Notes: generated from the letters alone by a model not told the origin. Counted from the stretch's first letter, positions 9,331 to 21,301 are shown. The stretch is DNA of 32,000 nt from Mycolicibacterium smegmatis (GCF_001457595.1 NZ_LN831039.1:4290001-4322000), one strand, 5' to 3'. Numbers and translations are program-made.

Positions 9331-10149
9331 TCAGTTGTTGCCGCGGTTGAACTGGCCGAATCCGCTGGCGTCGCTGTTCGCGCTGGAATCGACCGGTGCG
9401 GCCGAACCACGCTGACCCAGCTCCTCGAGCTGCGACTCCAGGTAGGTCTTGAGGCGCGTCCGGTATTCGCGTTCAAACGTGCGCAACTGCTCGAGCCGAC
9501 CCTCCAGCACCGTGCGCTGCTGGTTGATGGTTCCCATGATCTCGGAATGCTTGCGCTCGGCATCGGCCTGCAGCGCGTCGGCCTTCTCCTGGGCCTGCCG
9601 CAACTGGGCCTCCGACCGGGTCTGGGCGTCGGCCAGCATGGCGTCGGCACGCTGACGCGCCTCGGAGACCGTGGTCTCGGCGGTCTGGCGGGCGTCGCTC
9701 ACCATCGCCTCGGCCTGCGCACGCGCGTCGGAGAGCAGCTTGTCCGCCTCGGCCTTGGCTGTGCTGGTCAGACGGTCCGCGGTGTCCTGCGCGAGGCTCA
9801 GCACGCGGGCCGCGCGCACAGCGGTGTCCTCACTCTGCGGTGCGGCCGGCTGCGCCGGGGCCTCGTAGACCGGCTGCGGTGGAGCCGGGGCGGGCTCCGG
9901 CTCGGGCTCGTACAGCGGGATCGACGACGTCGCCTGTGACGACGCGCCTGCGCCCGAGCGTGCCGCCGCGAGTTCCTGGTCGAGTTCGGCGACCCGCTGA
10001 CGCAGGTCGGCGTTCTCCTCGATGAGGCGGGTCAGCTCGTTCTCAACCAGATCGAGAAAGGCGTCGACCTCGTCCTCGTTGTAGCCTCGCTTGCCAATTG
10101 GTGGCTTACTGAACGCGACGTTATGGACGTCCGCTGGTGTGAGCGGCAT
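9331..10149 (-). CDS. wag31: Cell-wall synthesis protein Wag31 / DivIVA
   Basis: '[53 protein letters not shown]' DivIVA N-domain, P/E-rich linker and a long coiled coil. Confidence 0.98.
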   Translation of the reverse strand: MPLTPADVHNVAFSKPPIGKRGYNEDEVDAFLDLVENELTRLIEENADLRQRVAELDQELAAARSGAGASSQATSSIPLYEPEPEPAPAPPQPVYEAPAQPAAPQSEDTAVRAARVLSLAQDTADRLTSTAKAEADKLLSDARAQAEAMVSDARQTAETTVSEARQRADAMLADAQTRSEAQLRQAQEKADALQADAERKHSEIMGTINQQRTVLEGRLEQLRTFEREYRTRLKTYLESQLEELGQRGSAAPVDSSANSDASGFGQFNRGNN

Positions 10150-10389
10150 TGTCTGCCCCCTTGAAGTCTTGAACCGTCAACCGATCTCAAAGTGTAGAGC
10201 CTTGTTTGAACGCAACTGGCGTCCATCCTGTCACACCAGACCCGGCGGTTGCAGTAGAGGGCAATTTTAAGAGCGAATTTCAATCTTCTTACGGCTCCGT
10301 GCAGCGCCCCGGCAAACGTCGGCAACCAGGCGTTCCGGCGGCACGGGCGCCGCTCCCGGAAATCCCGGGGAACCCGCGCGCCCCCGGTG

Positions 10390-10695
10390 TCAGACCGCGG
10401 CGCCGAACGCGAGCTGCATGCCGATGAACGCCGCCAGCAGCAGCACCATGATCGACAGATCGAAGCGCACCGCGCCCACCGTGAGCTGGGGAATGATCCT
10501 GCGCAACAGCTTCACCGGCGGATCGGTGACGGTCATGATCAGCTCAAGGATGACCACGGTGAAGCCACGGGGATGCCAGTCCCGGCTGAACGAGCGGATG
10601 AACTCCACGACCACGCGCGCGATGAGCAGCAGCCAGAAGATGAACAGCGCGAAACCCAGGATCTGGAAAAACAGCGACAACTGAGCCGACCTCAC
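10390..10695 (-). CDS. YggT family membrane protein
   Basis: 101 aa. 'LLLIARVVVEFIRSFSRDWHP...ILELIMTVTDPPVKLLRRIIPQLTVGAVRFDLSIMVLLL' is a YggT signature. Located between sepF and wag31. Confidence 0.92.
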   Translation of the reverse strand: MRSAQLSLFFQILGFALFIFWLLLIARVVVEFIRSFSRDWHPRGFTVVILELIMTVTDPPVKLLRRIIPQLTVGAVRFDLSIMVLLLAAFIGMQLAFGAAV

Positions 10696-10842
10696 TACCG
10701 ACGGATGTGTGACATTCGATACAGGTCGCTGCAGGTCGGCACTCGAACTATCCGGTGTGCCGACCGGTGATGCGACGCCGCCAGCCTACCCGGCCGTGGA
10801 GCGCACGAAAGACAGGTGGCGGTCCGGCGACCAGGGATGTGG

Positions 10843-11487
10843 CTAACGGTAGGAGTAGAAGCCCGCCTCGGCGATGCGCCTGCGCTCCTCGGCCGTGACG
10901 TCGACATCGGCAGGCGAAAGCAGGAAGACCTTGGTGGCCACCTTGTCGAACGACCCGCGCAGCGCGAACGCGAGGCCCGCCGCGAAGTCGACCAGGCGCT
11001 TGGCGTCGGCGTTGTCCATCGACACCAGGTCCATGATCACGGGCGTTCCGTCGCGGAACCGCTCACCGATGGTGCGCGCCTCGCTGTAGTCCTTCGGGCG
11101 CAGCGTCGTGATCTTGGCCAGCGGGCTGCCGGCCTCGAACAGTTCGGCCATGCCGCGCGGGTCCATGGCGAGCGCGCCACGGGTCGATCCCCGCATGGCG
11201 CCGAGCCGCGCAGGCGCGGGCCGGTCGAACTCGCGCGGAGCACGCATACGGCCCTCGAAACGCGGCTCGTCGGCGAAGCGCTCGGCGTATCCGCCCCGGT
11301 AGGCCGGGCCCTCGTCGTACTCGTGGCCCTCGTAGCCGTAGGCCTCTTCCTCGAAGCGGTCCTCCCGGGGACGACGGCTGTACCCGCCGGCGCGGGCGCC
11401 GCGGTCGTCGTCCTCGTAGTACTCGTCTTCGTAGTCATCCATCGGCGCCATGCCGAAGTAGGCCTTGACCTTATGCAGTGTGCTCAT
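10843..11487 (-). CDS. sepF: Cell division protein SepF
   Basis: Variable acidic/Arg-Tyr-rich linker, then '[72 protein letters not shown]'. Confidence 0.97.
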   Translation of the reverse strand: MSTLHKVKAYFGMAPMDDYEDEYYEDDDRGARAGGYSRRPREDRFEEEAYGYEGHEYDEGPAYRGGYAERFADEPRFEGRMRAPREFDRPAPARLGAMRGSTRGALAMDPRGMAELFEAGSPLAKITTLRPKDYSEARTIGERFRDGTPVIMDLVSMDNADAKRLVDFAAGLAFALRGSFDKVATKVFLLSPADVDVTAEERRRIAEAGFYSYR

Positions 11488-12325
11488 CGGGCGACCCTTC
11501 TGCTGACCGTGGGAGTTCTGATGTCTGTGATGAAGATGTGACTGGAGTGACTACTGGGGGTGACGTTAGCGGTCGGGGGCCCATCAGCGCGGTACCGACA
11601 CGCACACACGTCGAACCGTGTTTCACCGCGCTTTCCAGGTCGTTCGACATCCCGGCGGACATCTCCAGGCGCTGCGGGTAGGCCTTCTGCACGCGGTCGC
11701 GCTCCGCGGCGAGCCGTGCGAACGCCTCGTCGGCGTCGGCGCCCAGCGGGGGTATGGCCATCAGTCCCGTGAACGTCAGGCCGTCGGCCCCGTCGATCGC
11801 CGCGCACAACTCGTCCACCAGATCCGGATCGCCGATGTCCACCCCGCCGCGTTCGGCGTCCCCGTCGAGGCTGATCTGGAGGTACACCCGTAGCGGCTCG
11901 GAGCGAACTCCCCTGCCCAGCGCGTCGGCCGCGCCGCGGTCCAGCGCGGCGATCAGCCGCGCGTTGTCGACCGAGTGCGCCGCGTACGCCCACCCCGCAA
12001 CCGCGCGGGCCTTGTTGCGCTGGATGCGTCCGATCATGTGCCAGCGAATTGGTGCGTCAGGCAATTCGGCGCGAACTTCCGCAATTTTGTTCGCGGCTTC
12101 TTGTTCGCGGGATTCCCCAAAAGACAGACAACCCAATTGATTGAGAATGACAATATCCGAGCCGGGAAAGAATTTCGTTACCGGAAGTAATTCAATTTCG
12201 CCGACATTTCTTCCGGCCGATTCCGCGGCCCGCGCCAGCCGCGCCCGCGCAGCTCCGAGCGCCGCGGTCAGCTGGGCCGTGCGGTCCGCGTCGCGGATGC
12301 GTCGTGAGGGGGTCGTGGCACTCAT
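11471..12325 (-). CDS. YggS family pyridoxal-phosphate-dependent protein
   Basis: ATG at 12325 overlaps the upstream stop as ATGA. '[13 protein letters not shown]', 'FGESREQEA', '[14 protein letters not shown]', '[30 protein letters not shown]'. The ORF track extension to 12748 is not coding. Confidence 0.94.
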   Translation of the reverse strand: MSATTPSRRIRDADRTAQLTAALGAARARLARAAESAGRNVGEIELLPVTKFFPGSDIVILNQLGCLSFGESREQEAANKIAEVRAELPDAPIRWHMIGRIQRNKARAVAGWAYAAHSVDNARLIAALDRGAADALGRGVRSEPLRVYLQISLDGDAERGGVDIGDPDLVDELCAAIDGADGLTFTGLMAIPPLGADADEAFARLAAERDRVQKAYPQRLEMSAGMSNDLESAVKHGSTCVRVGTALMGPRPLTSPPVVTPVTSSSQTSELPRSAEGSPDEHTA

Positions 12326-13035
12326 CGCGAGGCCTGCTCCATCCACACCAGACACGCCAGGCGCCCCGTGGGCGCCTGGCGTCGATGGCTGAACAGCGTG
12401 GTGTCGGCGACCGTGCACCGCGGGTCCACGTCGATCGCCGCGACGCCCAAACCCTTTAATTGACGGACGATTCCGGCTCTCAGGTCCAAGCCGGGCGTTC
12501 CGCGCGACGTCGTGGTGCGACTGCCGGGCAGGCTGGCCTCGACCTCGGCCGCCATCGCCTCGGGGACCTCGTAGTTGCGTCCGCTGACCGCCGGACCGAG
12601 CAGCACCGAGATGTCCTCGACATGCGCGCCCGCGGCCAGCATGGCCTCCAGAGTGCGTGGCACGATCCCGATCTGGGCGCCCACACGACCGGCGTGCGCG
12701 GCCGCGACCACACCCGCGCGGGCGTCGGCCATTAACACCGGAACACAATCGGCGGTAACCACCGCCAAAGCCAAACCGGGAACCGTGGTCACCAATGCGT
12801 CGGTGTCATTTACCGCACGTTCACGTGGACCGTCCACGGTGACAACACGATCACCGTGGACCTGATTCATCCACACGATTGCGTCGGCGCTCACCGCGTC
12901 CGCGAGGCGTTGACGATTGGCGGCCACCGCGGCCGGATCGTCACCCACGTGATCGCCGAGGTTGAACGAATCGTAGGGCGGTGCCGAAACACCACCGGCG
13001 CGGGTCGTCGTCACGCGCCGAATACGAACACTCAC
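12322..13035 (-). CDS. YfiH/PgeF family (laccase-domain, polyphenol oxidase) protein
   Basis: 'FNLGDHVGDDPAAVAANRQRLADAV', 'VWMNQVHGDRV', 'ALAVVTADCVPVLMAD', 'VVAAAHAGRVG', and a C-terminal 'VDPRCTVADTTLFSHRR'. Confidence 0.94.
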   Translation of the reverse strand: MSVRIRRVTTTRAGGVSAPPYDSFNLGDHVGDDPAAVAANRQRLADAVSADAIVWMNQVHGDRVVTVDGPRERAVNDTDALVTTVPGLALAVVTADCVPVLMADARAGVVAAAHAGRVGAQIGIVPRTLEAMLAAGAHVEDISVLLGPAVSGRNYEVPEAMAAEVEASLPGSRTTTSRGTPGLDLRAGIVRQLKGLGVAAIDVDPRCTVADTTLFSHRRQAPTGRLACLVWMEQASR

Positions 13036-13080
13036 GGTTTCAGTATCCGGACCATTCGAACGCGGTGGCCGGCCGTCGGC

Positions 13081-14238
13081 TCAGTGCCGCATGAAGGGCG
13101 GCACGTCGACATCGTCATCCGCGATGCCCCCGTCGTCGCCGCCCACGCTCACCGTGGCGCCGTTGGTGTGGGTGGGCACGCTCGCCGCGTCCTGGGGCTC
13201 GAACAGCGAGGTGGTCACCTTGCCCGCGCGGGCCGAGGCGATCGGCTGTGTCTGCGCCTGGCTCGGGCTCACCACGGGTTTCCGGCTCGGCCCGGCACTG
13301 TCGAACCCGGCCGCGATGACGGTCACCCGGACCTCGTCGCCGAGCGAGTCGTCGATCACCGTGCCGAAGATGATGTTGGCCTCGGGATGGGCCGCGTCCT
13401 GCACGAGCGAGGCGGCCTCGTTGATCTCGAAGAGCCCGAGGTCACTGCCACCGGCCACCGACAGCAGCACGCCCTGGGCGCCTTCCATCGAGGCCTCGAG
13501 CAGCGGCGAGTTGATCGCGATCTCGGCGGCCTTGAGCGCACGGCCGTCACCGCGCGCCGAGCCGATGCCCATCAGCGCCGTGCCCGCACCGCTCATGACG
13601 CCCTTGACGTCGGCGAAGTCCACGTTGATCAGACCGGGTGTGGTGATCAGGTCGGTGATGCCCTGGACACCGTTGAGCAGCACCTCGTCGGCGCTGCGGA
13701 ACGCGTCCATGAGCGACACCGCCGCGTCGCCCATCTGCAGCAGACGGTCGTTGGGGATCACGATGAGCGTGTCGCAGCTCTCGCGCAGCGCCTGGATGCC
13801 GGCCTCGGCCTGGTTGCTGCGCCGCTTGCCCTCGAACGAGAACGGGCGCGTCACCACACCGACGGTCAGCGCGCCGAGCTTGCGGGCGATCGACGCGACG
13901 ACGGGTGCGCCGCCGGTACCGGTGCCGCCGCCCTCACCTGCGGTGACGAACACCATGTCGGCGCCGCGCAGCAGCTCCTCGATGTCGTCCTTGGCGTCCT
14001 CGGCCGCCTTGCGGCCCACCTCGGGGTCGGCGCCGGCACCGAGACCACGGGTGGAGTCACGGCCCACGTCGAGCTTGACGTCGGCGTCGCTCATCAGCAG
14101 TGCCTGGGCATCGGTGTTGATCGCGATGAACTCGACGCCCTTCAGGCCCTGTTCGATCATGCGGTTGACGGCGTTGACGCCGCCGCCGCCGATACCAACC
14201 ACCTTGATGACCGCGAGGTAGTTATGCGGGGGGGTCAT
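13081..14238 (-). CDS. ftsZ: Cell division GTPase FtsZ
   Basis: ATG at 14238 ([47 protein letters not shown]...), tubulin signature '[15 protein letters not shown]', C-terminal tail '[12 protein letters not shown]'. The ORF track start at 14307 is upstream of the real one. Confidence 0.99.
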   Translation of the reverse strand: MTPPHNYLAVIKVVGIGGGGVNAVNRMIEQGLKGVEFIAINTDAQALLMSDADVKLDVGRDSTRGLGAGADPEVGRKAAEDAKDDIEELLRGADMVFVTAGEGGGTGTGGAPVVASIARKLGALTVGVVTRPFSFEGKRRSNQAEAGIQALRESCDTLIVIPNDRLLQMGDAAVSLMDAFRSADEVLLNGVQGITDLITTPGLINVDFADVKGVMSGAGTALMGIGSARGDGRALKAAEIAINSPLLEASMEGAQGVLLSVAGGSDLGLFEINEAASLVQDAAHPEANIIFGTVIDDSLGDEVRVTVIAAGFDSAGPSRKPVVSPSQAQTQPIASARAGKVTTSLFEPQDAASVPTHTNGATVSVGGDDGGIADDDVDVPPFMRH

Positions 14239-14484
14239 GGATCGTCTTCCTCCCTGGTTGGGTGCTCTGGGCGCCGATCTCCCCTGCAAACCCTCAACCT
14301 CAACCATAGGCTTAGAGTTATGTCAAGTAGTTCCGCGCAAACAGAACGGTAGGGGGCGGACGCGGCTGATCGTGGCAGGCGCGCCGACGCGTCGCGCGGC
14401 AATTTCTGCGCGGATGTGTCGTGACCGTCACAGGGGCAGGCTGAGGAACCCGTCGAGCGGCAGGTCAAACCCTTGCCGTAGGGG

Positions 14485-15486
14485 CTATTTGACCGTCGGC
14501 AGGTCCGGGCTCGACACGTCGTAGGTGGTGCCCGGCTGGGTCAACAGCGCCGCGAGTTTCAGCGCTTTTTCCTGGGTACGGTCGTCGGTCCCCCACACCA
14601 CGACGCGACCGTCGATGAGCGTCAACGTGATCGACGCGACCGACGGCGCCGCGATACGGCCGACCTGTGCGGCAACGTCCGGCGGCAGCGCCATCATGAC
14701 GTCGAGCGCTGCGCGCGTCGCCGGATCGTTCGGGCCCGGGTTGTCGGCGTCGAGATACGGCAGCGCCAACGGCGCGGGGCCCGTGGCGAAGTCGACGCCG
14801 TCGCGGTCGAACAGGTGCGGGCCGTCCGGATAGTCCTTGACCACCACGGGCACGCGCTCGACGATCGAGATCTTGAGCGTCGACGGGTACTCGCGCTGCA
14901 CACGCGCGGTCGCGACGCGGCGGATGGTCGCGACCCGTTCGGCGACGGCATCGGTGTCGACTTGCAGCAACGGGGTGCCTGGGGCGACCGCGGCGGCCGT
15001 GAGCACCTCCTCCTGCGGGATCTCGGCCAGTCCGCTGACCTCGACGTTGCGGGCCGACATGATCGGGGTGAAGTAGAGCAGCAGGCCAAGCGCCACCGCC
15101 AGCACGCTGACCAGCGCCGCCCACATCAGCACCTTGAGACCGCGGATCGTGTTGCGCGGAACGGATTTCGTCGGATCGAGGGCGCCGGCGACCGCGCGGC
15201 GCTTGGCCTCGCGGCGGGCCTGCTCGATCGCCATGGCCCGGTCGCGGGCCGCGCGCCGTTCGGCGCGCTCGCGGCGCGCGCGGCGGCGCGGACCCTCGAA
15301 CTCCTCGGAGGCGTCGGCTTCGGCGGTGGTCCCGGTCTGTGCGGTCGTCTCGGTGGTGTCGGTCATCTCAGCTTCGGAAGCGTCAACAGGTTCTGTCGGT
15401 TCGGCCGGCCCGTCGGTCTCGGCTGCGGTGTCGTCGGGGCCTGCAGGATCTTCAGCGGGGTCACCGTGGGGACCCGTCCCGGTCAC
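14485..15486 (-). CDS. ftsQ: Cell division protein FtsQ
   Basis: Acidic T/E-rich cytoplasmic N-terminus, one TM, POTRA '[76 protein letters not shown]'. Confidence 0.96.
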   Translation of the reverse strand: MTGTGPHGDPAEDPAGPDDTAAETDGPAEPTEPVDASEAEMTDTTETTAQTGTTAEADASEEFEGPRRRARRERAERRAARDRAMAIEQARREAKRRAVAGALDPTKSVPRNTIRGLKVLMWAALVSVLAVALGLLLYFTPIMSARNVEVSGLAEIPQEEVLTAAAVAPGTPLLQVDTDAVAERVATIRRVATARVQREYPSTLKISIVERVPVVVKDYPDGPHLFDRDGVDFATGPAPLALPYLDADNPGPNDPATRAALDVMMALPPDVAAQVGRIAAPSVASITLTLIDGRVVVWGTDDRTQEKALKLAALLTQPGTTYDVSSPDLPTVK

Positions 15487-16931
15487 GACGCGCCCGCTCC
15501 CGGCATACCGCGGTTGTCCTTGAGGCGCAGTTCGCTGAGGATCTCGCCGCCCAGCATGGTGACATCGCCCGCCCCCATCGTGAGTATCACGTCACCAGAG
15601 CGCGCGATCGAGGCGACATGCGCTGCCACGGCCGAGAAGTCGGGCACATATGTGACAGGCGCGGTGACGTGGTCGGCGACCGTCGCGCCGCTGACACCGG
15701 CCATGGGCTGTTCGCGGGCCGCGTACACGTCGAGCACGACCACCTGATCGGCGACGCTGAGCGCCGCGCCGAACTCGTGAGCGAAGGTCGCTGTGCGTGA
15801 GTACAAGTGCGGCTGGAAAGCGACGACGACCCGGCCACCGTTCTGGTCGACGACCGTGCGGGCCGCCTCGAGCGTCGCCCGCACCTCGGTGGGATGGTGC
15901 GCATAGTCGTCGAACACCCGGGCGCCCGCGGCCGTCCCGACGAGTTCGAAACGCCTACGCACACCCTCGAATCCGGCCAGGCCGTCGAGCACGCTGTCGG
16001 TGGGCGCACCGATCTCGCGCGCGGCCAGCAGCGCGGCCAGCGCGTTGAGTGCCATGTGGCGTCCCGGCACCGACAGGCGCACGGCCCGTGGGTTGTGTTC
16101 CCCCGCGAGCCGGATGTGCGCGACGGCACCCGTGCCCTGCTGTTCCCAGCTGAGCAGGGTGCCCGCGAGATTGTCGCCGGTGCTGCCGTAGCGCAGCACC
16201 CGGATACCGAGTGCGTCGGTGCGGTCGGCCAGCGCGGCAGCGCCGGGATCGTCGGTGCACACCACGAGGGCGCCGCCGGGCGCGATGCGCTCGACGAACG
16301 AGTCGAACACCGCGGTGTAGGCCTGCTCGCTGCCGAAGAAGTCCAGGTGGTCGGCCTCGATGTTGGTCACCACGGCCACGTTCGGCGTGTATTCGAGCAG
16401 CGACCCGTCACTCTCGTCGGCCTCGGCGACGAACGTGGTGCCGCTGCCGTGATGCGCATTGGTGCCTGCCTCACCCAGTTCGCCGCCGACCGCGAACGAG
16501 GGGTCGAATCCGCTGTGCTGCAACGCGACGATGAGCATCGAGGTCGTGGTGGTCTTGCCGTGCGTGCCGGTCACCATGAGCGTGGTGTAGCCGGTCATCA
16601 ACTTGGCCAGCACCACCGGACGCAGGATGACCGGGATGCCGCGCTTGCGCGCCTCGACGAGTTCGGGGTTGGTCTTGGGGATCGCGGCGTGGGTGGTCAC
16701 CACGGCCGTCGGACCGCCGGGAAGCAGATCCAGCGACGACGCGTCGTGGCCGATGCGGATCTCGGCGCCACGGGCACGCAACGCGACGACGCCGCGGGAC
16801 TCCTTGGCATCGGAACCCGACACCAGTCCGCCGCGGTCGAGCAGGATGCGCGCCACGCCCGACATGCCGGCGCCGCCGATGCCGACCATGTGCACACGCT
16901 GCAACTCCGGTGGCAGCGAGATGCCCGTCAT
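15483..16931 (-). CDS. murC: UDP-N-acetylmuramate--L-alanine ligase MurC
   Basis: '[23 protein letters not shown]', '[14 protein letters not shown]', '[14 protein letters not shown]'. Confidence 0.98.
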   Translation of the reverse strand: MTGISLPPELQRVHMVGIGGAGMSGVARILLDRGGLVSGSDAKESRGVVALRARGAEIRIGHDASSLDLLPGGPTAVVTTHAAIPKTNPELVEARKRGIPVILRPVVLAKLMTGYTTLMVTGTHGKTTTTSMLIVALQHSGFDPSFAVGGELGEAGTNAHHGSGTTFVAEADESDGSLLEYTPNVAVVTNIEADHLDFFGSEQAYTAVFDSFVERIAPGGALVVCTDDPGAAALADRTDALGIRVLRYGSTGDNLAGTLLSWEQQGTGAVAHIRLAGEHNPRAVRLSVPGRHMALNALAALLAAREIGAPTDSVLDGLAGFEGVRRRFELVGTAAGARVFDDYAHHPTEVRATLEAARTVVDQNGGRVVVAFQPHLYSRTATFAHEFGAALSVADQVVVLDVYAAREQPMAGVSGATVADHVTAPVTYVPDFSAVAAHVASIARSGDVILTMGAGDVTMLGGEILSELRLKDNRGMPGAGAS

Positions 16932-18085
16932 GACGCCTTCTTCCGTGCCGCGCGCGCGATCTCAAGCGCGACCTGCGCCACGCGCCGCGCGGCGTCGGGA
17001 TGCCCGGACAGTGATGCGGCCGCGGTCATCGCCGCGAGCTTGGAGTCGTCGGTGAGCAGCGGGATCACGGTCCGCGCGACGGTGTCACCGCTCAGGTCGG
17101 CGTCGTCGACCAGCAGGCCGCCGCCCGCGTCGACCACCGGTAGTGCATTGAGGCGCTGCTCACCGTTGCCGATCGGCAGCGGAACGTAGATCGCGGGCAA
17201 TCCGACCGCGGTGACCTCGGCCACCGTCATCGCACCCGAGCGGCAGATCGCGAGATCGGCTGCGGCATACGCCAGATCCATGCGGTCCAGGTACGGGACG
17301 GCCACGTACGGCGGGGCCTGCGGATCGGCGGGCGGCAGGTCGAGGGTGTTCTTCGGGCCGTGCGCGTGCAGCACCGAGATACCGGCAGCGGCAAGGTCTT
17401 TCGCCGCCGCGGACACGGCACGGTTGATCGACTGCGCGCCCTGGGATCCGCCGAACACCAGCAGCACCCTGGCGTCCTCGGCGAAACCGAACTCGGCGCG
17501 GGCCTGCGCGCGCAGGGCCGCGCGGTCAAGCGACGTGATCGACTCGCGCACCGGCACGCCGACCACCTCGACGTTGCGCAGCCCGGAATCGGGCACGGCC
17601 GAGAGCACCCGGCGCGCCGAACGTGCGCCGACCCGGTTGGCCAGCCCGGCCCGTGCATTGGCCTCGTGCACCACGACCGGAACCTTGCGCCGGCCGGTGA
17701 GCCCGCCGCGCGCGGCGAGATAGGCGGGCAGGGCGACGTAGCCGCCGAAGCCCACCACGACGTCGGCGTTCACCCCGGTCAGCACGTCCCTGGTCTGGCG
17801 GATCGCGGTGCGCACCCGCATCGGCAGGCGCAGCAGATCCTTCGACGGTTTGCGTGGCAGCGGAACCGGGGTGATCAGTTCCAGGTCATAGCCGCGCTGC
17901 GGCACCAGCCGGGTCTCCAGCCCCCGCTGGGTGCCGAGGGCGGTGATCCGCACGTCGGGGTCGAGCGCGCGCAGCGCGTCGGCAACGGCCATCGCAGGCT
18001 CGACGTGCCCTGCTGTCCCACCACCGGCCAGCACCACCGAGATCCCACGGTCGCTGTGGTTGTTGTCCCGCGAACCCTTGTTCAC
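16928..18085 (-). CDS. murG: Lipid II synthase MurG
   Basis: '[23 protein letters not shown]', '[17 protein letters not shown]', '[40 protein letters not shown]'. GTG start overlaps the ftsW stop. Confidence 0.98.
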   Translation of the reverse strand: MNKGSRDNNHSDRGISVVLAGGGTAGHVEPAMAVADALRALDPDVRITALGTQRGLETRLVPQRGYDLELITPVPLPRKPSKDLLRLPMRVRTAIRQTRDVLTGVNADVVVGFGGYVALPAYLAARGGLTGRRKVPVVVHEANARAGLANRVGARSARRVLSAVPDSGLRNVEVVGVPVRESITSLDRAALRAQARAEFGFAEDARVLLVFGGSQGAQSINRAVSAAAKDLAAAGISVLHAHGPKNTLDLPPADPQAPPYVAVPYLDRMDLAYAAADLAICRSGAMTVAEVTAVGLPAIYVPLPIGNGEQRLNALPVVDAGGGLLVDDADLSGDTVARTVIPLLTDDSKLAAMTAAASLSGHPDAARRVAQVALEIARAARKKAS

Positions 18086-19815
18086 CCGTAACGCTGACCT
18101 TCCAATGCGCGGGCCCGATGGCCCTGGCTTTGCTGGTCAGCACCATATCGGACCGCCGATCGGCGCGACGAACCCGGCTGTTGGGAGCGTCGCCGCGCGC
18201 CCGGGTCGGCCGTGCGGTGGCCGGCGCGGGTGGTCTTGCCCGCGGTCCGTGCGGTCTGCGCGCCGGTTCGTGAGTTGGCGCGCCCGGCGACCCGGCCGGC
18301 GGTGGCCCGGGTGCGTGACCTGCCGTCGGACTTGGGCTTGGCCTTGGCCTTGGCCTTGGCGGACCCGGGGTTGGGCTTGGGCTTGGTCGTGGCCTTACCG
18401 GACTTGGCCGATCTGGTCCCGGAGCCGGACGCCTTCTTCGCGCTCAGGCGCTCGCGCACGAGGTCCAGGCGCGGCGGCACGTACGGCTCGGGCAGCGGGA
18501 GGCGCAGCAGACGGTCCACCCGGTCGTCGCGGCCCGCGCGCAGCGCGGCCACGGCGTCCGGTTCGTGCCGGGCGGCGTTGGTGAGCAGACCCATCATCAG
18601 CAACGTGGTCGCCTGCGAGGATCCACCGGCAGAGATGAGCGGCAGCTGCAGGCCGGTGACGGGCAGCAGACCCACGACGTAGCCGACGTTGATGAACATC
18701 TGGCCGATGAGCCACAGCGTCGTGGTCGCCGACAGCAGGCGCAGGAACGGGTCGACCGAGCGCCGCGCGATCCGCATGCCGGTGTAGGCGAACAGCCCGA
18801 ACAGCGCCAGCAGGCCGATGGCGCCGATGAGGCCGAGCTCTTCGCCGATGATCGCGAAGATGAAGTCGTTGTGCGCGTTGGGCAGGTAGTTCCACTTGGC
18901 GGTGCCCTGGCCGAGGCCGTCGCCGAACACACCGCCGTTGGCCAGCGCGAACCGGGCCTGGCGGGCCTGATATCCGGAGCCCTGGGTGTCGGCGCCGGGG
19001 TTGAGCCAGGACTGCACGCGGTCGGAGCGGTAGCCCTCAGCGAACGCGAGCACGATGGCCGAGGCCACGACCGCGAACAGGGATGACACGAAGACCTTGA
19101 GCGGCAGGCCCGCGTACCAGAGCAGGCCGAGCAGGATGATGCCGAGCGAGACGGTCTGCCCGAGGTCGGGCTGCGCCACGATGAGCGCCAGCGCGATCAC
19201 GGCCGCGGGCACCAGCGGGATCAGCATCTCGCGCAGCGACGCGCGTTCCATGCGGCGCGCGGCGAGCAGGTGCGCGCCCCAGATCGCGAACGAGATCTTG
19301 GCCAGCTCCGAGGGCTGCATCGAGAAACCCGCGACGACGAACCAGCCGCGTGAGCCGTTGGCCACCTTGCCGATGCCCGGGATGAGCACGAGCACCAGCA
19401 GCACGATCGTGAACGCGAACCCGGGGAAGGCGAGCTTGCGCAGCGTGGCGACCCGGATGCGCAGCGCGAAGTAGAACGCGACGAGGCCGATCGCGGTCCA
19501 GAGCACCTGGCGCCCGAACACCGCCCACGGCGATCCGTCGGAATCGTAGGAATACACGCCCGACGCCGAGAGCACCATGATCAGGCCGAGCGTGGTGAGC
19601 AGGGCGGTGACCGCGATGATCAGGTGGAACGACGTCATCGGCCGGCCCAGCCACGTGCCGAACCGGGTGCGCGGGACCTTGGTCTCGGACCGGCCCGCCT
19701 CGGGTGTACCGGTCTTGGCGTCTTTCGAGGCGTCGTCAGGGACGTCTTTCGACGCGTCTTCGGGCGCGTCACCCGGGGCGCCGCCGCGGCGCAGCCGGGT
19801 GAGGATGCTGCCCAC
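18082..19815 (-). CDS. ftsW: Lipid II polymerase / cell division protein FtsW
   Basis: SEDS core: '[21 protein letters not shown]'-type segments, '[21 protein letters not shown]', '[27 protein letters not shown]'. Long basic K/A/R-rich cytoplasmic C-tail. Confidence 0.97.
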   Translation of the reverse strand: MGSILTRLRRGGAPGDAPEDASKDVPDDASKDAKTGTPEAGRSETKVPRTRFGTWLGRPMTSFHLIIAVTALLTTLGLIMVLSASGVYSYDSDGSPWAVFGRQVLWTAIGLVAFYFALRIRVATLRKLAFPGFAFTIVLLVLVLIPGIGKVANGSRGWFVVAGFSMQPSELAKISFAIWGAHLLAARRMERASLREMLIPLVPAAVIALALIVAQPDLGQTVSLGIILLGLLWYAGLPLKVFVSSLFAVVASAIVLAFAEGYRSDRVQSWLNPGADTQGSGYQARQARFALANGGVFGDGLGQGTAKWNYLPNAHNDFIFAIIGEELGLIGAIGLLALFGLFAYTGMRIARRSVDPFLRLLSATTTLWLIGQMFINVGYVVGLLPVTGLQLPLISAGGSSQATTLLMMGLLTNAARHEPDAVAALRAGRDDRVDRLLRLPLPEPYVPPRLDLVRERLSAKKASGSGTRSAKSGKATTKPKPNPGSAKAKAKAKPKSDGRSRTRATAGRVAGRANSRTGAQTARTAGKTTRAGHRTADPGARRRSQQPGSSRRSAVRYGADQQSQGHRARALEGQRYG

Positions 19816-19819
19816 GGGC

Positions 19820-21301
19820 CTACCCGACCGCAGCGCGCACGGCCGCGGCGAAGGCGTCGCCGCGCTGGCCGTAGCCGCTGAACTGATCGAAGGAGGCGCC
19901 TGCGGGTGCCAGCAACACGGTGTCGCCGGGGGACGCGAGGTCCCTGGCGGCGGACACCACGGCTGACATGACCGCGTCGGAGACCGGGCGGTCCCCCACT
20001 TCGATCACACGAGTCACATGATCACCAACTGACTCAATTGACTCATTTGTCCCAAGCACCCCAGAATCCTCCCCCGCCACAAGCTCGACCACGGGGACAT
20101 CCGGGGCGTGTCGCGATAACGCGTCGGCAACCATCTGCCGATCACGCCCGATCAGCACCGCGCCCGCGAGCCGATTCGCCACCTGACGTACCAGCTCATC
20201 GACCGAGGCGCCCTTCAGCAAGCCACCGGCGACCCACACCACGCGGTCGTACGCGGTGATCGAGGCCTGCGCGGCGTGCGGGTTGGTGGCCTTGGAATCG
20301 TCGATGAACACCACACCGTCCACGGTGCCCACGACCTCGGCACGATGCCTGCCGACCTGGAACGATGCAAGCGCCGCGCCGATCGCCCCTGGTGCGACGC
20401 CCACGGCCCGGGCCAGTGCGGCCGCACCCAGCGCGTCGAGCACGCCGATCGGGCCCGCGACCCCGATGTCGGCACAATCAGCCAACTCGACACCGTCGTC
20501 GAACGCACGGTCGATCAGCTTGCCGTCACGCACCCCGAGTTCGCCGGCCGCCGGATCGCCCAGGCGAAAACCCACCCGCACCGTGGCCGCCGCGGTGGGC
20601 AGCAGGCCCGCGGCCACCGGGTCGTCGAGGCCCACCACCGCGACGCGACCGTCGAGCACCCTGGCCTTGTCGCGGGCGTAGGCGGCCATCGAACCGTGCC
20701 AGTCCAGATGGTCCTCGGCGACGTTGAGCACCACGCCCGCCTCGGGCCGCAGCGAGGGCGCCCAGTGCAGCTGGAAACTCGACAGCTCGACCGCCAGCAA
20801 CTCCGCCGGCTGGTCGAGCACCGCGAGCACCGGGTCACCGATGTTGCCGCACAACACACTTCGACGACCGCCCGCGACCAGCATGTCGTGCAGCATCGAC
20901 GTCGTCGTGGTCTTGCCGTTGGTGCCCGTGACCACCAGCCAACGCCGAGGCGGACCGTACCGGCCCGCGGCGTCGAGGCGCCACGCGAGCTCCACGTCAC
21001 CCCAGATCGGCACGCCCGCGGCCGCGGCGGCCGCCAGCACGGGTGCACTCGGCGCGAAGCCCGGGCTCGTGACCACCAGTGCGTAATCGCCGATCGAGGC
21101 GATCGCGTCACCGGGCGCGATGACCGCGACGCCCTTGGCGGCAAGGGCGGCCAGCGCGTCGGCGTTGTCGTCGCACAGGGTCGCGGCCACCTCGAGCGGA
21201 GCGAGCGCGCCCAGCACCGCGCGGCCGGTGATCCCGGCGCCGGTGACCAGCACCCGGGCGCCCGGCGTCAGCGGCGCGAGATCGCCGGTCACGTCAGGCA
21301 C
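19820..21301 (-). CDS. murD: UDP-N-acetylmuramoyl-L-alanine--D-glutamate ligase MurD
   Basis: '[19 protein letters not shown]', '[20 protein letters not shown]', '[17 protein letters not shown]', '[26 protein letters not shown]'. Confidence 0.98.
   Translation of the reverse strand: MPDVTGDLAPLTPGARVLVTGAGITGRAVLGALAPLEVAATLCDDNADALAALAAKGVAVIAPGDAIASIGDYALVVTSPGFAPSAPVLAAAAAAGVPIWGDVELAWRLDAAGRYGPPRRWLVVTGTNGKTTTTSMLHDMLVAGGRRSVLCGNIGDPVLAVLDQPAELLAVELSSFQLHWAPSLRPEAGVVLNVAEDHLDWHGSMAAYARDKARVLDGRVAVVGLDDPVAAGLLPTAAATVRVGFRLGDPAAGELGVRDGKLIDRAFDDGVELADCADIGVAGPIGVLDALGAAALARAVGVAPGAIGAALASFQVGRHRAEVVGTVDGVVFIDDSKATNPHAAQASITAYDRVVWVAGGLLKGASVDELVRQVANRLAGAVLIGRDRQMVADALSRHAPDVPVVELVAGEDSGVLGTNESIESVGDHVTRVIEVGDRPVSDAVMSAVVSAARDLASPGDTVLLAPAGASFDQFSGYGQRGDAFAAAVRAAVG

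Noticed and set aside
12326-12748. N-terminal 140 residues of the 425-aa ORF 11471..12748
   Set aside because: Out-of-frame translation over the YfiH-family gene. The YggS homology begins after the internal ATG at 12325.
12856-14352. 498-aa plus-strand ORF antisense to ftsZ and the YfiH-family gene
   Set aside because: Composition is His/Arg/Gly/Asp-rich with no recognisable domain. It mirrors confident minus-strand genes; such shadow ORFs are expected in high-GC DNA.
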